Part shown: one piece after another, positions 27,042 to 39,368 of the stretch
Layout: every line of letters begins with the position of its first letter
How positions within the stretch are numbered: position 1 is the stretch's first letter
Assembly (NCBI GenBank): GCA_013416795.1
Contig: RQSC01000026.1
Location: forward strand, 269 to 64,268
Direction: 5' to 3'
Source: Prasinococcaceae sp. CCMP 1430
Taxonomy: Eukaryota > Plantae > Prasinodermophyta
Length of the DNA: 64,000 nucleotides
Position numbers and translations under genes: made by a program
Notes under the pieces: model-generated
The model's database searches: none
What the model saw: only the letters and a program-made list of their open reading frames with translations
What the model was told of the DNA's origin: nothing

Positions 27042-27377
27042 GCTGAGTGGGTACGTCCGGGGTGGCGCATGGGTGCGCACCGGGATGGCCACCCCGCGCG
27101 CACGGGGGACGAGCCACGCGTGGCGGACAGGCCCGCCGCGAGGAGCGAGAGGGGGTGCGCCCAATTGACGGCCGCCCCCCTGTGCCCGACCTTGTACTCT
27201 ATATAGTGTTTTCAAGAGGAAGAACATGCGCGCGCACCGATGGGCGGCGTGTAAGTACCCTTTTTTGCCCCGTGGCAGCAGGAGCGCATCGCCGCAGCGC
27301 GGTGCCGCGTGGAGCGTGTCTGCGCCCCCGACCCCAACCCGCCCGGCCCTGCCTTAAGCTGCCTCACCACGGGACAC

Positions 27378-28370
27378 TCATTGGTGCCGTGGCGTATTGA
27401 AGACTCCCCCCCAGCTGCTGAGCGCACTAGCGCCGCTGGCGGTCGACGCCGCGGGGGGGCGTTCGGCGGGCACTGCAGTGCTGCTGGGCGGCTCGTCGGT
27501 GGGCGCGGAGGCATCGAAGGGCACCACGCCCGGCTTCCGCCCGCGCGGCGCCGACGGCGTGCGGCGCTCGACGGCGTGCTCGGGCGTGCTCAGCAGCACC
27601 TCGGGGACGGGTCCCTTCCCAAGGCGGTCGTCCCCCAGGGCAGCTCCGCCGCGCAATTGCATGCCGCCCGCGGTGCCCGCCGTCAGATTCACTGGACGCT
27701 GTGAAGCGCGCGCGCGGGGAGGCAGCTTAGCGCTGACCACCCTCGGCCCGGTGCGCCGAGTCCCGGCAGAGCGAGCGGTCGCTGGCGTGGCGAGAGCCAC
27801 ACCGGCGCGGCGCAGCCTCGCTGCCTCTCCCCTGTTGCACGGCTCGACCCAGCAGAGCTCCGCGGGAGCAGCAGAGGACGACGCGCTCGCGAGCGCTCGT
27901 ACGTCCGTCTGCAGACGCCAGGAGCGCATCTTGGTGCGATTGGCCGGGTAGACACACATGCGCTGCTGCGCGGCACTGGCGACGCGCCGCTGGGCGGCCG
28001 TCGCGTACCTTCGCAGCCTGCGTGCAGATGCGGGGCCGCGTTGGCGCGAAGCTTTCCCAAGGCCGTGGCGACCGTCGTCATGCACGGCCGCGGGGGCGCG
28101 CCCGCATTGCGCATATGGCAACGCCCACGGATCGCGTTCGCCGCGGCCTTCGCCTATGCTATCCTGCGGATACGAACCAAGTGCCGTAGGCTCGCGTCCG
28201 CTGCGGGGGCGCGTCGGCTGCGGCAACGGGACCGCCTCGGTAGCAGCGCTCTCTGTGAGCGAGAATGCGTCGGACTCGCACCCCGCCGCGGCGCCCAACG
28301 CGCCGGCGGCCGCGCGCGCGGCCCATCGCTGGAAGGCCGGCGCGTCCACCCTGGCGCTCGCCGGCGCCAC
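27378..28370 (-). CDS. Possible low-complexity hypothetical protein
   Basis: A 330-codon ORF fills the otherwise empty SBE-TIGR03032 interval; no motif and weak codon bias. Confidence 0.25.
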   Translation of the reverse strand: MAPASARVDAPAFQRWAARAAAGALGAAAGCESDAFSLTESAATEAVPLPQPTRPRSGREPTALGSYPQDSIGEGRGERDPWALPYAQCGRAPAAVHDDGRHGLGKASRQRGPASARRLRRYATAAQRRVASAAQQRMCVYPANRTKMRSWRLQTDVRALASASSSAAPAELCWVEPCNRGEAARLRRAGVALATPATARSAGTRRTGPRVVSAKLPPRARASQRPVNLTAGTAGGMQLRGGAALGDDRLGKGPVPEVLLSTPEHAVERRTPSAPRGRKPGVVPFDASAPTDEPPSSTAVPAERPPAASTASGASALSSWGGVFNTPRHQ

Positions 28371-28648
28371 GCTGGCGCCGCGCGCGCTCCGCGCCCGTTG
28401 GGGGGACGGCGCATATCAAAGCGCATGCGTCGAAGCGCCCCGCGCGACCGAAGCCGCGCCCCTCCGCACCCCCCGCTTTCGGCGTGAATAAAGGGTTTAT
28501 GATGTACACAGGGTTTATTTTGTGGGGTGGGAGCGAGGAGGCCGTCGCGCTCGCGCTCCCGCCGCGGCGTCGCGCTGGCGCTCGGCGCGGCCGTCGCCGC
28601 CGTCGCGCCGGGGCGCGCCGCGGCGCGTCTACCGGTGTTCCGAGCGGC

Positions 28649-30051
28649 CTAGGCGCCCACCTCTCGCCCGGTCGCGTTGTCGCCGATCTTTATCCAGCGC
28701 TCGGTCTCGGGCCTTGACGCGCCCACGACCATGGGCGCGCCGGTCCCCTCGAGGACCGCCACGTCGTACAGCTCGTGGATGGCGCCACCAACGACGACTG
28801 CATGCGCGGGCTTGCCTGTGCGCAAGTCAACCACGTAGACGCCGCAGCGAGGCTCCGCCTTGCGGCGCTCGAGCTCCTGGCCAAGGGGCAGGTCCGAGAA
28901 CACGGAGTATCTTGGCATGGAAAGGCCGACGACTGCGAAGGCCCCCGACGGAGAGAAGCGCAGCCCACGCGCGAAGCCTGGGAGCCACGCGTGGCGGACG
29001 AAGGCCTCCTCGGGCGTCGCGGCGTCCATGTTGACCCATCCAAGCCAGCCAGTGCCGGCCTCGAGGAGCCAAAGCTTCCCCTCGTGCATCCGCGGCGAGT
29101 GAGGCATGCTGAGCCCCGCACACACAACCGTGTTCGTCCGGCAGTCCCATACCTGTCCTCCACCCGCTCTGTGCTGTCGCCAGCCGTCTTTCTCGTCGGC
29201 TGGCCCGACGACGGTAGCATATGCGAGCTTCGTGGGGTCAGCAGGGTCCATGCAGAAGCCGTTGAGGTGGCAGCAGTCCTCGGCGCGCACGGCGGTGAGG
29301 AAAGGTGGCATCCACACGGGCGAAAGCGAGCCGCTCGCCGGGTCGAGCTGTGCCACGCAGTTGAGCGCCGTGCACGCGGCCAGCACGCGACCATCCGGTG
29401 TCTCGACCAGCTCGTGGGCGTCAACGCGGCCAGTGAAGTGCGCCTCGCGCGGTGCCAGCACACGGTCCCAGCGCGCGCCGCGCGCGTCGGCGAAGGGACC
29501 GCCGCTCTCGCGCAGTGCGTTTGCCAGACGGTACGCCGCTGCCGCCGTCGATATCCGCAAGTCGCCAGACGCCGTCGGTGACAGCGCCATGGCCTTGTCG
29601 AAAGAGCACTGGCTGATCGAGGGGCCCGAGCCACCGCCCAGCCCGGGACCAACCAGGAACACCTTGCCGTACGTGTAAGTGGAGAAGCCAAGCGACACGT
29701 CCTCGGCGCGCATCCATGCTGCGAGGCCTGCCGAGAGGCTTACCTGCGAGGTCGCGACGGGCGGGCGGCGCGCGGGAGGTCAGCGGCTGCCTGGACGGAG
29801 TTGCACGCTAGCTCAGTGCGCGCATGCACCATCCGAGAGAGAAAGAGAGAGAGAGATGGCGCATTTGAGGAGTCGACAGGAGGAGGAAGAGGACGCGGAG
29901 CGCGCACCTTTGCTTGCTGCGCGGACGCAGCAGACCCCTCCGCGCCAGGGAGCGGCCGGTCACTCGAGACGGCCGGCGCGCCCTTCAGACGGGGCGGCGA
30001 CGCGCCTCCGGGGGATACCTCGGCGGAGGCGCGCCCAGGCAGCGCGCCCAT
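28649..30051 (-). CDS. TIGR03032 / DUF4915 family protein (bacterial-type, beta-propeller-like); exons ~30051-29908 and 29743-28649; start may lie further upstream in the gap
   Basis: LAAWM..EDVSLGFSTY, FTGRVDAHEL, WMPPFL..V.AEDCCHLNG, DGWRQHRAGGG, GLSMPHSPR, GKLWLLEAGTG, PGFARGL, VVGLSMPR, ELYDVAVL follow the family pattern in order. Phase-0 intron 29744-29907 (GTGCGC..GCTGAC..CGCAG). Confidence 0.88.
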
Positions 30052-30821
30052 GGCCACAGCCGCCGCCGCCGCAGCAGCAGCTGCGGCGCTGAGCGCGCAG
30101 CGGGCGCCCTCCCCGCTCCCTCCATCCCCCCCCCGGCCGCCCCGCTGCCGCNNNNNNNNNNNNNNNNNNNNNNNNNNNNNNNNNNNNNNNNNNNNNNNNN
30201 NNNNNNNNNNNNNNNNNNNNNNNNNNNNNNNNNNNNNNNNNNNNNNNNNNNNNNNNNNNNNNNNNNNNNNNNNNNNNNNNNNNNNNNNNNNNNNNNNNNN
30301 NNNNNNNNNNNNNNNNNNNNNNNNNNNNNNNNNNNNNNNNNNNNNNNNNNNNNNNNNNNNNNNNNNNNNNNNNNNNNNNNNNNNNNNNNNNNNNNNNNNN
30401 NNNNNNNNNNNNNNNNNNNNNNNNNNNNNNNNNNNNNNNNNNNNNNNNNNNNNNNNNNNNNNNNNNNNNNNNNNNNNNNNNNNNNNNNNNNNNNNNNNNN
30501 NNNNNNNNNNNNNNNNNNNNNNNNNNNNNNNNNNNNNNNNNNNNNNNNNNNNNNNNNNNNNNNNNNNNNNNNNNNNNNNNNNNNNNNNNNNNNNNNNNNN
30601 NNNNNNNNNNNNNNNNNNNNNNNNNNNNNNNNNNNNNNNNNNNNNNNNNNNNNNNNNNNNNNNNNNNNNNNNNNNNNNNNNNNNNNNNNNNNNNNNNNNN
30701 NNNNNNNNNNNNNNNNNNNNNNNNNNNNNNNNNNNNNNNNNNNNNNNNNNNNNNNNNNNNNNNNNNNNNNNNNNNNNNNNNNNNNNNNNNNNNNNNNNNN
30801 NNNNNNNNNNNNNNNNNNNNN

Positions 30822-31215
30822 GTCCTTGCACTTCTCCTTGGAAGAGTTCCACTTGCAGGCGCTCTCCGCATTGCACGTGCTCTTCTTGCTGAAGGTCGAG
30901 CAGTCCACTGCCTCCTCCTCCACTTCGTCCTCCTCCCGGTCCTTGCACTTCTCCTTGGAAGAGTTCCACTTGCAGGCGCTCTCCGCATTGCACGTGCTCT
31001 TCTTGCTGAAGGTCGAGCAGTCCACTGCCTCCTCCTCCACTTCGTCGTCCTCCTTGTCCTTGCATGACTTGGAGCTCCACTTGCAGGCGCTCTCCGCATT
31101 GCACGTGCTCTTCTTGCTCAGGGTCGAACAGTCTGTCTTGCACGTGGACGTGGAGTCGCTCCATTCGCACGCGCTCTCCGCATTGCACTTCTTTTTCTTG
31201 CCAAATGTCCTGCAG
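30822..31215 (-). repeat. 117-nt (39-aa) tandem repeat CSTFSKKSTCNAESACKWNSSKEKCKD plus acidic linker, running into the N gap
   Basis: Near-identical units start at 30822 and 30939; two more diverged units precede them in the protein. Confidence 0.92.
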
Positions 31216-34200
31216 AGTTCCTCGAGCGATTGTGGCGGCGGGCTCGGCGGTGGGCTCGGCGGCGGGCTCGGCGGCGGGCTCGGCGGCAGGCTCGGCGGCG
31301 GGCTCGGCGGCGGGCTCGGCGGCGGGCTCGGCGGTAGCGGTGGGCTAGGCGGTGGACTCGGCGGCGCGCTCGGCGGCGGGCTGGGTGGGGGGCTTGGCGG
31401 CGCGCTTGGCGGCGGGCTCGGTGGCATGCTCGGAGGCGGCGGGGGTGGCGGGCTGGGTGGCGGCGGTGGGCTGGGCGCTATGGGCGCGGTAGGATAGTGC
31501 TTGAGCTCACGCCGACAGCAGCGGATGCGCGCCACGTTCGACCAGTCGGTCGCGCCAACATTGCTGGGCGCTACGAAAATGCCCGTCATGGTCCACTCAG
31601 CGGGGCACACATACACGAGGCTCGATGCCGCAAGGCCAACACCCGATAGGCCGGACTCGGCGACCTCGTGGTCCTCGCACGCGACGTCGACCTTGAGGGT
31701 GCTGGCGTTGTACTTGGGAATTCCGCAGAAGGCGCCTGTAAGACAGGCCAGATGCTCGCTCGCGGGGTCGCACTCGTCCGCCGTGGCAGGGACAAGGGCG
31801 CGCAGCGCCTGACCAGGAGGGCACGTAAACCAACTCGGCTGAAGCGCGTTGATGGCGCCCTTGATATTCCATTCTGCATACGTGATGTCATAGGTGATCG
31901 GCGCGGACCTGAGCTCTGTCATGTCCTCCAGACCGTCCATCACGTCTTCTCCTTCCGGGATGGTGGCAGTGCAGCACTTGATGGATGCCAGGTCGGAGAA
32001 GTCTGCCGAGCGTGCTGTGAAGCCGCGGATGGCGTCGTTTAGCTCGGGGCAGGAGACGTACTTGTGCATGAATGGCTCGGGGAGGGTGCGATCTTCGCAT
32101 TCGGTGAAGCTCGTGTCGCATCGGATCCCCTCAGGTCCTTCGACGGAGACGGCACAGCAGCGCCACTCCACGATGAGCTCCGAGGCTGTCGATCGCGTCG
32201 AGAGCGACGAGATTGCGCTGCCAGCATCGCAGGTGACCAACGCCTGGGCCATCGACGCGAAAGTTGCACTGGCCTCCTGGCATTCAGGTGCGAAAGCCCA
32301 GTTCCAGTCGTCGACGATGTTCCCCCCACACGATCGCGCGACCGCGCATGCGACGCGAGACGTGAATTCGCCCTCAGCACACTCGGCCGCCGAGCTGACG
32401 CTTGTCATCTCAGACTGCAGCGAGCGCCGTGCGCCCACGGGCGCGCCGGTGACCTCACAGCAGCGGAACTTTTCGATGCAGTACAGGTCGTTGCACGCAC
32501 TGCGATACAGGCCAGTCATGACGGAGTCGCCAGGGCATGTGTGAGTGCCCGCGCTGTCGAAGGCGACGGTGACGTCGTGATCGAAGCACGATGAGGTCGT
32601 CACACCCGAGGGTAGACGCCCGCACTGCAAGCTTTCCACACAGTAGATTTCGTCGCAGTCCCCGCGGTACATGCCCATCAGCACGGTGTCCGCAGGGCAG
32701 AGCGCCCAGTTTTCCGAGTCGAAGAGCGTCGCAATATCCGTCTGCTCAGTCGCGAGCCGAATCGCCTCGCCTCCAGCGGTCAGCGAGCGGCACTGCATGG
32801 CCTCGATGTTGTAAAGCCTCCCCGGGCCGCTCTCGCTGCGTTCCAGACCCGCCAAGGCAGCATTGTCACAAGCACCCCAGCCCGCCTTGTCGAAGGAGAG
32901 CGATATATCGAGCCGCTGGGCGGCCTCCAAGGACGCCGACGCGAGGGCGCCGCCAGAGTCGCCCGAGGCGCCGCCAGTCAGCGCGCCCGAGTCGGCCAGC
33001 GAGCCCGCCCACACGCCGGCGAGGTACTCTCCTCCAAGGCACGAGGAGTCAGTGAAGCCACCTCTGGGGTACTGCGACGCTGGGCTGGCGCACCCGCCGA
33101 CCTCTGCGTAGCGCGCCTGAGCCTGCACGTCGGCGCCGCCGGCCCGCACGCCACCGACCTTGACGCAACCGATCATCAACTTGTAGGAGCCGCTCTGCGA
33201 GCATGCATCGCTCACACCGATGACATGACCCATGACATGTCCCTCCGGACACTCAATGCCCCACGCCTGGCCGTCCCTGATGCACGCCGTGGTGAGCCAC
33301 TGTGGCGTAGTGAGGTCGTCAAAGTAGGTGTCAGGCGTGGGCTCGATCGGCAGCGGCTCAACGGGGGGTTCTACCACGTCGCTACGGAGCCCCCCACCGT
33401 TGAGAAGGTCCAACGACCAGCTCTCGCCCCCGTGCTCGCCGTTGCCATCGAGGTACAGCTTCTTGCCTTCCATTTCGGGCGCACTCGCGCAAAAGGAAAC
33501 CGAAAGGTCGAGCAGTGACTTCGGACCGATCGTGATGGCGTCCTCGAGGCCCGTCATGATAACGTCGAGTAGCGTCGCACTGTTCTGTGCCATACGCCCC
33601 ACGGCGCCGGCCAGCGCATCGGCCGGGTTGCCCAAGGCGCCTATCACGTCGATGCCGAAGGGGCAGACGGGGAAGTGATTTTTCGCGATCCGCGCCAACG
33701 GCGACATGAACTCTTTCGCTTGCTGCAAGTTCTCGTTCGCCTCGAGTTCACCCACGAACTTGGGCTTGGGCGCCTTGTCCAACAACGCCTGCATCTTCTG
33801 CTTGACGGTCGCGCCCACTTTGTCGAGACTGTCTGCAACGACGCCAGACCACTTGATCCCCAGGACAATCGTCGCCTCCAACGAGATGTACGCCCCAGCC
33901 CTGATTGTCGTCGTTTCGCCGCTGTCGTCGCAGCTGCCGATGACGATGGGCTCCTCATACATGTTGCCAGCGGCGGTGGGAAATCCTTTCTGCAGCTCGG
34001 TTTGCTTGCCCACCGATACGTCGGCGCCGATCGCAAACTTGGTGTTCAATGCGAATTGCGGCCCGAGGCACTCTGTGAGAATGCAGATGGCAACGCTGCC
34101 GCTGACCTGGATGGCCGCCGAGAACTGCGCCGAGACCTGGGCAGAGGGCAGCACGGGGCCCGTGACATGCGCTCGCCCGCCCGTGATCACCCCCGTCAGC

Positions 34201-37200
34201 AGGTCGAAGTCCATCCAGAGGCCGTCGAGCGGCACTCGCATGGCAAGTTCGTCGATGTTCAGCTTCACTTGCGCGAGCAGCTCAGTCACGTCGAACGAAA
34301 ACGCCGCGGCAAAGCCCAGCCACGCCAACGGCGGGAACGGGATGTTCCACTGAAGGTGCGCGTTCAGGGGCAGCTGATCGGCCAGATGTGCGAGCAGGTC
34401 CCACGTTCGCAAGTAGCTGACGCCGCCGCCGAGCAGAGACAGCTGGGGCAGCACCTCCACGCGCGTCTTCAGCTTCGTGACCTTGATTAGATCCATCAAG
34501 CCGCCAACGTCGTCCTTCAGCGAACGATCCATTCGGCGGCGGCGCTCCTGCGGCAGGTGCTCGGCCAGCTCATCATTGGCGAGCGCCCGTAGCGCGTCGG
34601 CGACGTCTGGGCGCACGTCGAGCAGCCCGCGCCCACCGCTGAGAAGCCTGCGGCCTTCGGAGGAGTTCAGGTCACTGAAGTCAAAAGACGCCAGCTTGTC
34701 GTAAAGCTTTTGGATGAGTGGCGCAGATGACAGAAAGTCGCGCATGCTCTCGCGCAGTGCGCTCAGATCAAGCTCGAACTCCTTGAGCTGAAAGCAAATG
34801 GGGAGATCGAGCTCGATCGTGACGTCGTCGTAATCAAACGCGCGCTCGCTTTTGTCCTCATAAACCTCCTCGCCCTCTTCGTTCTCATAGCTATAGTAGT
34901 CATCCGCATCCATCAGCCTGCGGCGCGCAGCCTCGCTTGCCCACGGAGCGCGCGGCGCCGCGGAGCCGCTCTCGCGCGTCCAGCGCTTCACATACTGGCC
35001 GAAGGTGTGGCGCATGGCCGCCAGGAGCTTGCTCATCTGCGGGTACGTGACGCGGTACTTTGCAGTCACCGCCTCGACAGTTGCCCGCTCCTGGTTGCGA
35101 CTCCCGACGCGCTTGCCGAGCGCGCTGCACGTCGCTCCCGTCTGGTTGAAAGGCGCTTTGCGGCCGTTCGGCGCGCAGTCAACATCGCCACCGCCATCGT
35201 AGGACAGCGTGCGATGCAGCTCGCGCGCACCGAACACGCCCACGCGCTTAAAGGGCGCTATGTGTCCGCCTGCCGTGTCCAGGACGGGAAGCGGGATCAT
35301 TTGGTGGATGCGCGCAGCGATCTCGGTGCCGAGCATGCGACGCCCGCGGCCGCCGCTGCAGGGTTCGCCCTCGCGAAGCGTCGCGTTTAGCTCCGCGCCG
35401 GCGCTCGCGTTTGCGACCGCGCCAACGAGGGAGTTGACCCACCCGTGGAGCGTGACGAGCTCGTCATTCACTGCTGCGGTGGGCACGAAGCGGCGATTGT
35501 ACGCAGCGCATGGCTCTGAGTGGCCGCCCTCCTCACCCACGGCGTCGCTGTCGACGCAGTCCCACACGACGCGCTGCAGAGGCTTGTGCGCGCCGTGGTT
35601 GACGCTATTGAGGTACTTGCCAGACCAGGTCACCTCGCCGCAACCGGCGAGCTCGTCGCCATTGAAGTAAACGTACTCCGGTGTGAGCGCGCGCACGAGG
35701 GCAGCCCAGTCGACGCCCTTGGCGTACGCCCACGCGGCGGAGACGCACTCTTCGCTGCCGTCGCCGCCGGGGCAGGGTTCGTCAAGAAACGCGCGTGTTG
35801 CATACGCAGCCTCGTAGATGGCGGCTGCCCGCGTGGGACTCGTGCTCCAGCCCCCCACGGAGGCGGCAGCCACGGCCCACTCGAGCGTAGGCGCCAGGTC
35901 GTCGGCGAGCAGTGCCCACTCCGCAACGAACTCGTGCGGCTCGGGCACGAAGTGCGAGAAGCCGCGGTTGATCAATGTGGAGCCTTGCACGTCTCGCACG
36001 GACGAGAAATTGCGCGCGAGACGCGGGCGGTGGTCGTCGCCGGGCTGCGAGAGCATGCGGCGGCCCAGACCCTGGGCCCCGAGGTCGAACGATATCACGG
36101 CGTTGTCTTCGCGGCTGCACTGAAAGAGGCAGAAGTTGGTGAGCGCGCGCGCGAGGTTTTCCGTGATCTTCGTCCGGATGACTTCAAGTCCGGGCAGCAT
36201 CTCGTCCAAGATCCAATCCTTTATCATTTCTTTGATCTCGTCGATCGAGATGCCGAAGATTCCCAGCAGCCCGTCCGCCACGTCCTCAATCTTCTCGACG
36301 ACGAATTCTACCACATCCCCCACGACATTCAGAATCATGTCGCCGGCATTAGCGGCAGCCTGGCACATGTCGTCGAACGTGTCGCTCAGCGGCTGAGTAG
36401 CGACGGTAACCACCTTGTCCGCGACCTTCTTACCCAAGTTTGCGGCCTTCTTAGCAAACAGCAGCTGCCTTTTGGAGCTGCCGCCCAGCGCGTTACCCGA
36501 GAAGGCCTGAGGGTCGACTTCGATCAACTCTTCGATTGAGGCAATGTAAGCGTCGACGTTTGCAACGTCTTCGATCACTATCGTGTCTGTGAACTGCGGC
36601 ACGGGCGCGCCGCCGGTGCCGTACACGCCCATCATGACCACGCGGGGCGCGAGCTGCGAGGTGGTGCTAAACGTGACCACCGACGCCCAGTACGTTGCGT
36701 TGAGTTCTGGCCTCTCGATGACGTCGCGCCTCGTCTGAACCACCTGCAGCTTCATCTCCTCCCCTGTTTCGTCCAGAGTGATGGTGATGTGCTTCAGCTC
36801 GGCCAACTGCTCCGTGCCCCACGCCGTGATGGTCGCGGCGTTGTAGGATTCTGAGTAGGTCACACTTTCAGTCTCGAGGGTGCCACCGCTCGACGGATCA
36901 ATCATCAGGTCGACGACGCCGTCATCGGCGCCACCATCAGCTCCTGCCAGTTCGAGTAGCAGCCGCGACGCGCCTTCGCCGCCCGGCCCTGCCGCGGCGG
37001 CGCTCTCGACAGTCGGCGCGCCAAGGGTGGTGATGTGAGGGTTGCCGACGGCCACGGGGGTGGCACCGTCGAAGCGCGCCGTCACAGCGCCGTCCTCACT
37101 GATGTCCACTTCCTTGGTGAGCTCGGCAACGGTGAAGGACATCGCGAAGATCATGACCAGGATGATGACAAGCGAAGTCCCAAGGAGCACCGCCAGCATC

Positions 37201-37955
37201 CGCAGCAGCTTGAACTGTCGTTGCGCCGTCTCGTAGGCGGCGACCATCGCCACCACCTCCGCGGGCACGATTTCGCCGCTGCCGTCGTGGTCGAGCTGCG
37301 CGAACATCTGCTGGGCCTTGGCGGGCAAGTGCGTCAGGTGTGCGAGCTTCACCACCCCCCCAGCACTGCTGACGCTCCGGGGCAGGTACGAGGCAGGCGC
37401 GGGACTGCCGCCGGAAGCGCCGTCGGCGCCGCTGTCGGCACCAGTGTCGGCGCCGCTGTTGGCGCCGCTGTCGGCGCCCGTGTCGGCGCCGGTGTCGGCG
37501 CCGCTGTCGGCGCCCGTGTCGGCGCCGGTGTCGGCGCCCCTGTCGGCACCAGTGTCGGCGCCGCTGTTGGCACCCGTCTCGTCGCCGCTGTCGGCGCCGG
37601 TGTTGGCGCCGCTGTCGGCGCCGTTTTCGGGTTCTGGATCGTCGACCACGAGCGCAATGTCGCCGGCATTGACATCGTTGCCAGAGCCGCCGGCATCTTC
37701 ACCGGCGCTTCCCTCGTCTTTCTCCAGGCGACGCCTCGTGAGCGCGCGCATGAGCCGCCCTGCGCTGCTCACCACAGGACCGACTACAGGGATGCCCACG
37801 CGTGGGGAACCCCGGGCGGGCGTCCCGTTTGCGCTCCCGATGCGTGGAGAGCCCCGTGCGGGCGTCCCGCTGGCGCTGCCCTCGCGGGAACGACCCCGCG
37901 CAGGGGTCCCATGGCCGCCGCCGTCGCCTCCGTCCCCCTCCGCCGCACCCCCCAT
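30822..37955 (-). CDS. Giant protein A (at least ~2380 aa; 3' end in the gap): EF-hand, single TM helix, very large Cys-rich exterior with repeated modules, Pro-rich linker, C-terminal Cys repeats
   Basis: Uninterrupted ORF from the ATG at 37955. EF loop DHDGSGEIVPAE; hydrophobic LAVLLGTSLVIILVMIFAMSFTV; repeats SFDxxGWxxC...GLYR...LYxIExxxCC; (PPSP)n; 39-aa Cys repeats. Confidence 0.9.
31232..31480 (-). repeat. Pro/Ser-rich (PPSP)n coding repeat, extensin/pherophorin-like linker
   Basis: GGCGGCGGGCTC-type 12-mers on the + strand. Confidence 0.9.
37411..37625 (-). repeat. 12-nt coding tandem repeat (GAD[T/S])n in the cytosolic N-terminus of giant protein A
   Basis: About 17 units of GTCGGCGCC(G/C)(C/G)T-like sequence. 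Confidence 0.9.
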
Positions 37956-39368
37956 CGCCGCTGCGGCGCTCGCGCTCGCGCCCGCGCGCGCGTCTTGGGG
38001 TCGGGACCCTGCTTGCCGCCCTCCTGCAGCAGGCCCATGACCATCTCCCCCCCAAGTCCCCCCACCACCACCACCTGCGCGTTCGCGCGTCCTCGCCCCC
38101 GACTAAATATCGTTCATCCGACCCAACTACCGTTACCATCGCGCGCCGCAGGACCCTGCCACCCGCGGCCGCTGCCGCGGGCCCGCCCGGCCCGGCCGGA
38201 TGAGCGGCGCGCCCAAGCTCGCGGCGCAACCTGGCCAGCCAGCCCAACCATGATGATGTCGCCAGCCAGCCAGCCATCCAGCCAGCCGGCCACCTAGCTA
38301 GCTAGCGCCCACCCACCCACCCACCCGCCGGCCGGAAGGGCGTGGCTACGCGCCTTGCTTGGTCGTCTGTGTTGGTTGGGATGGGCGCCGGCCAGCGGGT
38401 GCGCGCGTGTGCCGAGCGCATGCGCCTGTGTCCTGCCTGTAGTCTACGCGGCCGGTATCGATGCCCGACCGAACGGCAAGCAGCGCGCGCGCGTGCTCGC
38501 GGCCTCGGTCGGTCGGCCGCGGCTCCAAGAGAGCACGCGTGCGGATCTTTTCCCCCCGGCGCGCCGGCGCGGCGCGGCGACACGTCGCCGCCCGGCCGCG
38601 TGTGCTCATCTCGCTCACGCCCGCCGCGCGGCCACGCGCGCGCGTCGTCGGCCGGGGGGGGTAGTTATCCATCCCCCGCGGCGGCGCGCGCGCGCGCTCG
38701 GGGAACGCCCCACATCAAAACGCATTGAATTTCCCCCGCGCCCAACGCCCTGGGCGGTTTCGGTTGCCGTTACGGCCCCGGCGGAGGCGCGCGAAAAAAA
38801 AACACAGGTCAAAAGCAACGTCACGTCTGCAATGGCAAAAAATCTTTTTAAAAAAATCGGCAGAGCGGAGAGCCATCGGCCAGAGAGATCAGACAGCAGC
38901 CAGGCAGGCGAGCCCGACCGACGGACGGTGGCGACGGGGCGAGCGGGTGCTGCCTCTGCCTGCAGTGCATGCATGCCCGCCTGCCTGCCCGCCTGCCCGT
39001 GGGAGCCAACCGAGGGGGGGAAACGCGAGGTCCGCGCGTCGGCCGGGGCGTTCCCCCGCGCGGCCGGCGGAGTTGCGCTGGGTTTTGCCCCCGAGGCGCG
39101 GCGGCGGCGCGCGCGCCGCCGGCCGGGGGGCGCGCATGGCCAAACCGGTGCGGTGGGGGCGAGAGCCAGGGTGGGTGGGTTGAGTTGGGGGGGAGGTGGC
39201 AGGGGGTTGCCACACGCCGCTGCGGGGCGGCGCGGTGGCGACGCGGCGGTGGCCGCGGTCGCAGCCCCACCGCCCCCGCGCCCCCTTTTCTTGGCCTATC
39301 CTCCCCCCCAACCACCACACCCCAACACAAGCACACGGGTGGCAGGTGGCGCCGTTCGTCGGCGCGGC

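Noticed and set aside
28649-29743. Bacterial contamination as the source of the TIGR03032 gene
   Set aside because: It has a host-type intron with branch point and is contiguous with algal-type sequence toward SBE.
29985-30821. Fusion of giant A with the sequence left of the gap (TIGR03032 first exon)
   Set aside because: The join crosses a 670-N gap of estimated size, so frame continuity is meaningless; it cannot be supported without gap closure.
38355-39368. N-terminal ~340 aa of the 1679-aa ORF
   Set aside because: Reads through promoter-like sequence with A tracts from a non-ATG start; the ATG at 39369 gives an N-terminus matching paralog A.
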